NCBI GenBank assembly: GCA_045562535.1
Contig: JBJKVP010000005.1
Span: 213 to 64,212 of the forward strand
DNA length: 64,000 nucleotides
Reading direction: 5' to 3'
Origin: Dehalococcoidia bacterium
GTDB lineage: Bacteria; Chloroflexota; Dehalococcoidia; UBA6926
Under the pieces are notes generated by a model. That model had not been told where the DNA came from and searched no databases. It saw nothing but the letters and a program-made list of their open reading frames with translations. Every line of letters starts with the position of its first letter. The first letter of the stretch is position 1. A program made the position numbers and the translations under genes. This document shows positions 7,642-15,830 of this stretch, piece after piece.

Positions 7642-8826
7642 ATGGACTATAGATTCTCTGTTGAAGAAGAGGCGTTCAGGCAAAATATACGAGATTTTGT
7701 TAAATCTGAATGGGATGCTGATTTATACCATATGAACGATGTTGCTAACGCCTCATGGCATTTAGATGACCCGAAAGCACTATCGGCGCTTAGAGAGTTC
7801 CAGAAGAAGTTATCTGAGAAGGGCTGGTTTACCATGCATTGGCCCGAACAATATGGGGGGCGCGCTTCTAGCTTTGCTGAGAACTTGATATATAGGGAAG
7901 AGATGGCTTATCAAGGACTTCCTATAAGTAGTGCATTTTCCGGTGATTCCATAATTATGAATGGCTCAGATTGGCAAAAATCTCAATGGCTACCACGCAT
8001 AAAATCTGGTGAAATGAGAATAGCTCAGGGACTTTCAGAACCAGGTAACGGTTCTGATTTGGCGGGTGTTCAAACAAGAGCAGTTAAAGATGGAGATGAC
8101 TGGGTGATAAATGGGCAGAAAATGTGGACTTCTACTGCACATATGTCTAATTGGATTATGATGTTAGTTCGAACTGATATAGAAGCACCAAAACATCGTG
8201 GGCTATCGATTTTCTTTGTTCCATTAGACTCTAAAGGTATAACTATAAGGCCTTTGTACGACATGGCTGGTCGTAGAAGATGGAGTGAAGAGTTTTTTGA
8301 AGATGTTCGTGTTCCATCAACTCATATGCTTGGGGAAGAGAATCGTGGTTGGTATGTAATGGCCTCATCCCTTACTACTGAGAGAGTTGAAGTTGGATCT
8401 CCCGCAGCTCTTTTAAGAGAATGGGAAAGATTCGTATCTTTTGCAAAAAACTACAAAATAAATGGAGAATCTGTACTAAATGACAAAGCAACCAGAAATC
8501 TGCTTGCAGATTTAAGGGTGAAAATAATGACATTCAGAATGATTTGCTACGAGGGAGTTTGGGAAAGCCGAGAAGGGAAAGATATCAGTAGGATCTCTGC
8601 TAGCGCCAGAGTTTTGTCTGGTGAATTGGTTCAAGAACTATGGAGAGGGTTCACTAAAATAATGGGTAATTCTGCTTTAGTAATGCCTGGTACATGGGCA
8701 GATGCTCCGATGAATGGATTTATTGGGGTTAATGCGCTCATGAGCACTGGGAGAACATTTGGTCATGGAACTAAAGAAATACAAAGAAATATATTGGCCC
8801 AGAGAGGTTTAGGACTGCCAAGATAG
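7642..8826 (+). CDS. Acyl-CoA dehydrogenase family protein
   Basis: 394 aa. GLSEPGNGSDLAGVQTRAVKDGDDWVINGQKMWTS is the typical ACAD middle domain. The C-terminus has GTKEIQRNILA. Confidence 0.9.
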   Translation: MDYRFSVEEEAFRQNIRDFVKSEWDADLYHMNDVANASWHLDDPKALSALREFQKKLSEKGWFTMHWPEQYGGRASSFAENLIYREEMAYQGLPISSAFSGDSIIMNGSDWQKSQWLPRIKSGEMRIAQGLSEPGNGSDLAGVQTRAVKDGDDWVINGQKMWTSTAHMSNWIMMLVRTDIEAPKHRGLSIFFVPLDSKGITIRPLYDMAGRRRWSEEFFEDVRVPSTHMLGEENRGWYVMASSLTTERVEVGSPAALLREWERFVSFAKNYKINGESVLNDKATRNLLADLRVKIMTFRMICYEGVWESREGKDISRISASARVLSGELVQELWRGFTKIMGNSALVMPGTWADAPMNGFIGVNALMSTGRTFGHGTKEIQRNILAQRGLGLPR

Positions 8827-8859
8827 TGTCCTTAAGCTGTCTTTAAAATTATTATCGGA

Positions 8860-9327
8860 GTGAAAGTGAAAAGAGCCTTAAACTTAATTAGTTTTGTTAA
8901 TCTAACGATTTTATTAACTTTTTCTTTAATTAGTTGCCAACCACAAGAGTCGGAGGAGCCAGGGATCTCTATTTTCATGGTGGAAGTAAATGATGGACAA
9001 GTTCAGTCTATTACGAAGAATGGGAAGAGCCTTGGGGACCAAATAATGATTTCGCAAAACGACACGGCAGTTATTAAATTTTCTAGTGGTGATCCATTTA
9101 GGGTTTTTGTGCACGGATATGATATTGAACACGATGTAGATCCCGAAGTTAAATCTTCGCTTGAGTTTAGAATATTTGGAGAATTCACAGGTAATTTTCC
9201 TATTCACATGCATGATATAGAAACCGACAGCCATAGGTCAGGGGATGATAGCCACGGACAGCATAAACATGCAAATGCCAATAGTACGCATACATTGATA
9301 TCAAATTTTGTAGTGAATCCTAATTAG
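8860..9327 (+). CDS. Secreted lipoprotein with a His-rich tail (possibly cupredoxin-like beta domain, Cys-less)
   Basis: 155 aa. The signal peptide has lipobox LISC. The beta-rich core reads VIKFSSGDPFRVFVHGYDIEHDV...FTGNFPIHMHD. The tail reads DSHRSGDDSHGQHKH. GTG 8860 or GTG 8866 could be the start (GGAG at 8857-8860). Confidence 0.55.
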   Translation: MKVKRALNLISFVNLTILLTFSLISCQPQESEEPGISIFMVEVNDGQVQSITKNGKSLGDQIMISQNDTAVIKFSSGDPFRVFVHGYDIEHDVDPEVKSSLEFRIFGEFTGNFPIHMHDIETDSHRSGDDSHGQHKHANANSTHTLISNFVVNPN

Positions 9328-9341
9328 GTCTGAAGATTCAG

Positions 9342-10895
9342 TTGATGAGCTTGCTTCATAAAGTAATTGGAATACCACTATTAATCTTTTTCTATCTATT
9401 TGCCGATTTACAACTTTCATATGCACATGGTTTTGGAGACAGATATGATTTGCCTGTGCCTTTAAATTGGTACTTATTTGGGGCCGGGACTGTGGTAACC
9501 CTATCTTTTCTATTCGTATCAGTTTTTGTGCGCATCGCTAGCGAGAAGAGAAGATTTTATTCTTTATCTTTAGGAGGATCCTTACCGTTTCAGAGAATGA
9601 TATTCAAAGGATTTGTCCCACTAGTTAAATCTATTTCAGTATTGTTATTCCTGTTTTTAATTCTGGGAGGGTTCGTTGGTTCTCAAGAACCCAATCAAAA
9701 TATTGGGCCCACACTCGTTTGGATTATTTTATGGGTAGGATTAATCATTTTTAACTCTCTTGTGTTTAATCTGTGGATTTTTTTAAATCCCTGGAAAAAT
9801 ATCTACAGATTATTTTATGTTTTATTTACCAGATCAAGATCGGCAGTAATCCAGCCAGGGAAATACAATTACCCAAAGAGCCTTAGAAAATGGCCTGCTC
9901 TTATCTTTTTGCTTATGTTTTTATGGTTTGAAATTGTATTTCCTAATTCTGGCTCACCAATGTATATCAGCGTATTGGCAATCAATTATTCAATACTGAC
10001 CTTTTTAGGTATGTACTTATTTGGACCAATTAAGTGGTTACAAAATGGGGAATTCTTTTCTATAACTTTCCGTCTATTATCGAAATGTTCACTTATCGTG
10101 ATTGCATTATCATCTGGGGAAGAGTGTGGAAATTGTGTGCAATGCACACTCGATCAAGAAAATTGTTTCGACTGTGAATATTGTTTTGATAAATCAAACT
10201 TTTCCATAAGGCGGTTCAGATTTAGAAAATTTGCTTCTGGTCTATATGATGCAAAGCCGGACCACTTGTCTGAAACTTTATTTGTTCTAATGCTCTTATC
10301 TTCTGTGACTTTTGACGGTTTCTCTGAAACACCTACCTGGGCTAATATTGTTTCGCTTGGAATTTTATTTATTGGGGACCTCGTAAACTATCCTGTTGAG
10401 CTAATCTCCACCGTAGGTTTATTATCTAGCTTTTTGATATTTATTGCGGTTTATTTCTTTTCTTGTTTTCTAGTGAGTAAGGCAGTTTCCACCAAATATG
10501 GTACAGACGACATATCTAAGATCCTAGTATATTCACTTATACCTATTGCCGTGGGTTATCATATTGCACACTATTTTTCATTTTTGTTGATTCAAGGTCA
10601 GTCAATGATTTACCTAATATCCGATCCTTTGGGTTTGGGATGGGATTTATTTCAAACTTCCAGTTATAAAATAAATATTGGTATCGTTAACGCAAAAATT
10701 GCTTGGTTTGTAGGGATATTCGCTATCGTGATCGGTCATGTTACATCCGTTTATGCGTCTCATTATGCATCGTTGATAAAATTTTCTGAATATCTGCTTG
10801 TCGTCCAAGCCCAGCGTGTAATGCTGATTATGATGGTGGCATATACTATCGCTGGCCTTTGGATATTGGCCCAACCAATTATTGAAATCTCATAA
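9342..10895 (+). CDS. Polytopic membrane protein with predicted N-terminal His after signal cleavage and a CxxCxxC-x6-CxxCxxC insert
   Basis: 517 aa with more than 10 hydrophobic segments. The signal-like N-terminus ends LSYA/HGFGDRYDLPVP. The Cys cluster ECGNCVQCTLDQENCFDCEYC is at residues 262-281 (nt 10125-10184). Start is TTG 9342 or ATG 9345. The gene begins 15 nt after the lipoprotein gene. Confidence 0.6.
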   Translation: MMSLLHKVIGIPLLIFFYLFADLQLSYAHGFGDRYDLPVPLNWYLFGAGTVVTLSFLFVSVFVRIASEKRRFYSLSLGGSLPFQRMIFKGFVPLVKSISVLLFLFLILGGFVGSQEPNQNIGPTLVWIILWVGLIIFNSLVFNLWIFLNPWKNIYRLFYVLFTRSRSAVIQPGKYNYPKSLRKWPALIFLLMFLWFEIVFPNSGSPMYISVLAINYSILTFLGMYLFGPIKWLQNGEFFSITFRLLSKCSLIVIALSSGEECGNCVQCTLDQENCFDCEYCFDKSNFSIRRFRFRKFASGLYDAKPDHLSETLFVLMLLSSVTFDGFSETPTWANIVSLGILFIGDLVNYPVELISTVGLLSSFLIFIAVYFFSCFLVSKAVSTKYGTDDISKILVYSLIPIAVGYHIAHYFSFLLIQGQSMIYLISDPLGLGWDLFQTSSYKINIGIVNAKIAWFVGIFAIVIGHVTSVYASHYASLIKFSEYLLVVQAQRVMLIMMVAYTIAGLWILAQPIIEIS

Positions 10896-11004
10896 ACAAC
10901 ATAAAGCTGAGAAGCTTAACGATAATTAGGTTAAAATAATTTGAATACCATGGTTTTAAGCCAGGTGAGTGAGAGCATTAATAATTGAATAGAGAGGGTC
11001 TATT

Positions 11005-13365
11005 TTGACTTCAATAGATAATAACAATAACAAACAGGTATTACAGGGCATAAATGTATTAGAAATGACCAATGATATTTCAGGTAGATACACTGGACGT
11101 CTTTTGGCAGATATGGGAGCAAATGTAATCAAAATTGAATCGCCAGGAAGCTCTAGAGATGAACGGTCTATTGAAAGTTTGGCGTACGACACTAACAAGA
11201 GAAGCATAGTTTTGAATATCGAGGAAAAATCTGGGATAGAAAACCTTATATCTTTGACAAAAAAAATGGATGTATTTATTTTAACTGGTACTAAAAAACA
11301 TATAGATTATTTGTCGGATAGGGGACTTAATTTTGATCAACTTAGAGATCTAAACCCTAACCTTATAACAGTTTCTATTACCCCGTTCGGTGAGACTGGT
11401 CCTTATAGTAATTACAACGGTTATGGATTAAATGCGATGTCTATGAGCGGGTTGATGATGATTCAAGGTGATGACAGTAAAGAACCTGTTAATGCACCAG
11501 GAAATCAATCTTATTTGCTGCCTGATATCCACGCAGCTAACGGAATATTTTATGCATTAATTGCCAGAGAGAATATTGGCCAAGGTCAGCACGTAGAGGT
11601 TTCTCAGCAAGAAGTACTAGCTAATATATTTTTCCAAATAATTAGGTACTCAGCTACTGGAGAAATCAGTGAAAGGCTTGGGGCAAAAGGAAATTTATCC
11701 CCTTATAATTTGTATGAATGTGAGGATGGATGGGTGAGCCTTGCTGTACTGTTAGCTCCTCAAGCAAAAGTTTTCTTTGAATGGGTGGGAGATCCAGCTT
11801 TGCAAACGGACTATTGGTACTCTTTTGAAAGCAGAACTGGCGAAAATATGGAGTTTATAGAGTCTATCGTGCGACCATTTATCAAAAACTTTACCGTCGA
11901 AGATTTTGTTAAGAAAGCTCAAGCTTTGCGACTACCCGCGGCCCCACTTAATACTCCCGGCCAGTTCGCTGATAACGATCAGTTTGATTCAAGGGATTAT
12001 TTTGAACAAGCGGAATTTGAAGATGGATCCAATTATAAAATACCCGGTCCCCCTTTTAGAATGACAAGAACACCTTTAAATATTTCAAGACCCTCTCCCG
12101 TTCGAGGCCAAGATAATAATTTGTTAGAAAAATTTGATTTAGACGATTCACCAGATATGATAGCCCCTTTGCCAACAGATGCAGGTGATAGGCCTCTTCA
12201 AAATATTAGAGTATTAGATTTTACTCGCATATGGGCTGGGCCATATAGTACTCGTTTACTGGCAGATTATGGAGCAGAAGTAATAAAAGTTGAGTCATCT
12301 TTATTCGATACTGACAATAGAATTGGAGCGACCCCCTACGTTGCGGATCTTAATAGAAATAAAACTGGTATAACTCTCGACCTTCATAAAAAAGAAGCTA
12401 TTGAGATAGCGAAACAATTGGTTAAAGAGAGTGATCTTGTAATAGATAATTTTGCTTTGGGTGTTATAGAACGCTTTGGGTTAGGGTACGATGAACTCAA
12501 GAAGATTAATCCGGAGATAATCCAAATTAGCATGCCTGGATGGGGTTCAAGTGGCCCAAGAAAAGATGATGTAGCGTTTGGGTTTAATTTAGTTTCAGTA
12601 TCTGGGTTATCTTATATTTGGGGCCATCCCGATTCGAGCCCAAATGCGAGGTGTAAGTTTGACTATCCAGATTTTCTCGTAGCAAGTTTAACTACGCTCG
12701 CAAGTTTAGCGGCACTATATTATAAAAAGATCACTGGATCGGGCCAAAAAGTTGAAATCGCTCAGGTAGAGGCTATTGGAAATACTTTGAGTGAATATTT
12801 TTTAGATTACTTCATAAATGGCATAGAAGGAGAACCTCAAGGAAACGATCATAACCAATATTCCCCGCACGGTGTTTTCCCAAGTAAAGGTGAGGATAGT
12901 TGGTGTGCAATAGTGGTTGCTGATGATGATCAATGGATGAGATTGGTTGAAGTTATGGGAAACCCTGATTGGGCCACTGATACTATTTACAAAACATCTA
13001 TTGAGCGTAAAAAGAATGAGTTGTTAATTCACCAAAGACTTGCAGAATGGACTTCTGAATACACTAATCTACAATTGACTCATTTGTTACAGAAAAATGG
13101 TATAGGTGCAACGCCCGTTCTGGATAGTGAAGGGTTATTTTGGGACCCACAACTTCGAGGTAGAAACTATATTGTTTCCCTTGATCATGTCGATTGGGGT
13201 TTATTGGAGCAACCAGGGTTGACAGTAGGGTTGAGTGAAACACCAGGTGGATCCTGGAAAGCTTCGCCTGGACTGGGTCAAGACAACGAATATGTTTTAA
13301 AAGAAATACTGGGTATGAACTCTGAAGACATAGAAAAAATACGGTCCTCTGGCGCACTTGCATAG
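11005..13365 (+). CDS. Fused double family-III (CaiB/BaiF) CoA-transferase, copy 1
   Basis: 786 aa. There are two complete domains. Each opens with the family N-terminal motif: LQGINVLEMTNDISGRYTGRLLADMGANVIKIESP and LQNIRVLDFTRIWAGPYSTRLLADYGAEVIKVES. Start codon is TTG. Confidence 0.85.
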   Translation: MTSIDNNNNKQVLQGINVLEMTNDISGRYTGRLLADMGANVIKIESPGSSRDERSIESLAYDTNKRSIVLNIEEKSGIENLISLTKKMDVFILTGTKKHIDYLSDRGLNFDQLRDLNPNLITVSITPFGETGPYSNYNGYGLNAMSMSGLMMIQGDDSKEPVNAPGNQSYLLPDIHAANGIFYALIARENIGQGQHVEVSQQEVLANIFFQIIRYSATGEISERLGAKGNLSPYNLYECEDGWVSLAVLLAPQAKVFFEWVGDPALQTDYWYSFESRTGENMEFIESIVRPFIKNFTVEDFVKKAQALRLPAAPLNTPGQFADNDQFDSRDYFEQAEFEDGSNYKIPGPPFRMTRTPLNISRPSPVRGQDNNLLEKFDLDDSPDMIAPLPTDAGDRPLQNIRVLDFTRIWAGPYSTRLLADYGAEVIKVESSLFDTDNRIGATPYVADLNRNKTGITLDLHKKEAIEIAKQLVKESDLVIDNFALGVIERFGLGYDELKKINPEIIQISMPGWGSSGPRKDDVAFGFNLVSVSGLSYIWGHPDSSPNARCKFDYPDFLVASLTTLASLAALYYKKITGSGQKVEIAQVEAIGNTLSEYFLDYFINGIEGEPQGNDHNQYSPHGVFPSKGEDSWCAIVVADDDQWMRLVEVMGNPDWATDTIYKTSIERKKNELLIHQRLAEWTSEYTNLQLTHLLQKNGIGATPVLDSEGLFWDPQLRGRNYIVSLDHVDWGLLEQPGLTVGLSETPGGSWKASPGLGQDNEYVLKEILGMNSEDIEKIRSSGALA

Positions 13366-13417
13366 TTGATGATAAATTAGTTTTCAAAGCAATTGTTTTG
13401 GGAGGATCGACCGGATT

Positions 13418-15820
13418 ATGGCTACAAAAGATTTTCAAAAGGCTTTAGAGGATTTACGAGTATTAGATTTGGGAGGACTTACGACCGCATATGCTTCGCG
13501 TCTAATGGCCGATTTCGGAGCAGATGTAGTACTTGTTGAGCCGCCATCCGGTGACCGTACAAGGAAGGTTCCCCCTTATGCAGACCATCATTCAGAACCA
13601 GATAACAGTCTGACTTTTTTAGCATTTCAATCTAATAAAAGAAGTTTAACTCTTGATATTACAAATGACGCTGATCTCAAAGAGTTGAAAAACATAGTTA
13701 AAAATGTTGATATTATATTTGAAGGTTTTAATCCTGGATATCTGAATTCTTTAGGAATCAGTTATGAATCACTTAGAGAGCTTAATCCCGGTTTGGTGGT
13801 AGTGTCGGTGACTCCGTACGGTCAGAGTGGACCGTATTCTTCGTATAAAGGTAGTGATCTCCATAGTGAAGCTATGGGTGGTTTGATGAAACTTCAAGGT
13901 GATCCTAACAAGGCACCAAGTATGTCTCCCGCTTGGTTAGGTTACTCTTTGGCGGGTATCCATGCTGCAACTGGTGTTATGCAGGCAATATTTTCTAGAA
14001 TGAAATCGGGTAGGGGACAGCATGTTGATATCTCAATGCAGGAATCTGTAGCTCATATTTTGTTTATCGTTTCCCAATATGGGTATAACTCTACTATAGC
14101 TGATAGGCCTGGATCTGGAGCTGGCGGCGGTAGCGGTATGTTTGAATGTTCTGATGGGTGGGTAGGTTTGTCCCCAATTGTTGACACTCAATGGAGGAGA
14201 TTGGTCGAATGGATGGAAGAACCTGCACTACAAGATGAGATGTTTGAAGATCTTAGAGTGAGAGCAGAAAACGCAGATTTTATTAATGTTCTAGTTGGTG
14301 AATTTGTTCATAAATTCACGGTTTCTGATTTTGTTGAAAAAGCTCAGGGACTGCGTATACCTGCAGAAGCAGTTAGTACCCCCGCAGGATTAGCAAATAA
14401 CCCTCATTTGAATGAACGCGGCTATTTCCAAAAAATAACTCATCCTAAAATTGGAGAGTATACTTTACCTGGAACCCCAGCTTTATTTACTGAGACTCCC
14501 GCAACAATACGGCGGCCAGCTCCATTATTGGGTGAACATTCAGAGGAAATACTTCGTGAATTTGCTGTTCCAAGGGACAATAAAAAAATTCATCCTAATG
14601 TGGGTACTAGTGATTCGTCTTTGCCTTTGAGTGGTGTTAGAGTAACGGATCTTACTAGAATTTGGGTTGGACCTTATGGTACTAGACAATTAGCTGATTT
14701 TGGTGCGGAAGTAATAAAGATAGAATCATCACTATTTGATGCATCTTCCCGCATGACGGGACTTTCTCCAATGCATCCAGAATTGAATAGAAATAAGATG
14801 AGTATTACGGTTGATCTTCACCATAAAGAAGGTCAAGACATTGTCCGTAATCTTGCCGGTCAGAGCGATGCTCTTACTGAAAATTATGCAGCTGGTGCGT
14901 TAGCGAGATGGGACCTGGATTATGAAAGCATTCGGAAGACTAACCCCGGAATCGTGTATTTGAGTATGCCAGGATGGGGTTCAACAGGTCCTTTTAACAA
15001 GCATGTTTTGTTTGGATTACAAGCACAGACAGCATCAGGGGTTACCCATTTATGGGGTCATCCTGATTCACCGCCTGCGTTACGGTGTGGGGCATATTAC
15101 GCTGATTTTTTTGTTGGAGCCCAGTCCGCCTTTATGCTAGAGACAGCGTTATATCACAAACAGAAAACAGGAATAGGACAACGTATAGAAGTTTCACAAG
15201 TAGAAGCTCAAGCAAACGCACTTGGAGTTCCGATGTTAGATTACTTCATAAACGGTGTTGATCAACAGCCAACCGGCAATAGCCGAGATCATGCTGCTCC
15301 GCATGGTGTTTATGAATGTATAGGAGAAGATGCTTGGGCATGTATTTCTTGTGAGGACCAAGAAGATTGGGAGGCATTGGTTAAAGGCATAACGCCCTTA
15401 AATGCAGATCCTCCGGAATGGACTTCTGATCCTGCCTTTGGAACATTTGAAGGCAGAATTAGTAACAGAGAAAGATTAGATCAGAACATAACGGAATGGA
15501 CTAAAACGTTAACTCCTAGGCAGGTAATGAGTACATTACAGCGGCATGGCGTTGCGGCTAGTATTGTCCAGACAACAGAGGATGTTTACTATGATCCACA
15601 TTTGAACGCTAGGGGTTTTGTAGTTAATATAGACCATCCTGAGCCTCAGTGGGGTACCGTAGGTCATGCAAAATTCTCTGCACAGCTTTCTGAAACTCCT
15701 GGATTAATCAGGAAAGGCGCACCGGCTTTAGGGCAGGATAATTCCTATGTTCTAGAGGAGTTACTAGGTTATTCTTCTTCTGATGTCGACCAATTGATAG
15801 CTGACGGCGTGGTAGCTTAG
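13418..15820 (+). CDS. Fused double family-III (CaiB/BaiF) CoA-transferase, copy 2
   Basis: 800 aa and collinear with copy 1. Domain openings are LEDLRVLDLGGLTTAYASRLMADFGADVVLVEPP and LSGVRVTDLTRIWVGPYGTRQLADFGAEVIKIES. Confidence 0.85.
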   Translation: MATKDFQKALEDLRVLDLGGLTTAYASRLMADFGADVVLVEPPSGDRTRKVPPYADHHSEPDNSLTFLAFQSNKRSLTLDITNDADLKELKNIVKNVDIIFEGFNPGYLNSLGISYESLRELNPGLVVVSVTPYGQSGPYSSYKGSDLHSEAMGGLMKLQGDPNKAPSMSPAWLGYSLAGIHAATGVMQAIFSRMKSGRGQHVDISMQESVAHILFIVSQYGYNSTIADRPGSGAGGGSGMFECSDGWVGLSPIVDTQWRRLVEWMEEPALQDEMFEDLRVRAENADFINVLVGEFVHKFTVSDFVEKAQGLRIPAEAVSTPAGLANNPHLNERGYFQKITHPKIGEYTLPGTPALFTETPATIRRPAPLLGEHSEEILREFAVPRDNKKIHPNVGTSDSSLPLSGVRVTDLTRIWVGPYGTRQLADFGAEVIKIESSLFDASSRMTGLSPMHPELNRNKMSITVDLHHKEGQDIVRNLAGQSDALTENYAAGALARWDLDYESIRKTNPGIVYLSMPGWGSTGPFNKHVLFGLQAQTASGVTHLWGHPDSPPALRCGAYYADFFVGAQSAFMLETALYHKQKTGIGQRIEVSQVEAQANALGVPMLDYFINGVDQQPTGNSRDHAAPHGVYECIGEDAWACISCEDQEDWEALVKGITPLNADPPEWTSDPAFGTFEGRISNRERLDQNITEWTKTLTPRQVMSTLQRHGVAASIVQTTEDVYYDPHLNARGFVVNIDHPEPQWGTVGHAKFSAQLSETPGLIRKGAPALGQDNSYVLEELLGYSSSDVDQLIADGVVA

Positions 15821-15830
15821 CTGGACAGTT

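Noticed and set aside
13064-13438. 124-aa minus-strand ORF spanning the junction of the two CoA-transferase genes
   Set aside because: It is antisense to strongly supported coding sequence. It has no domain and no SD.
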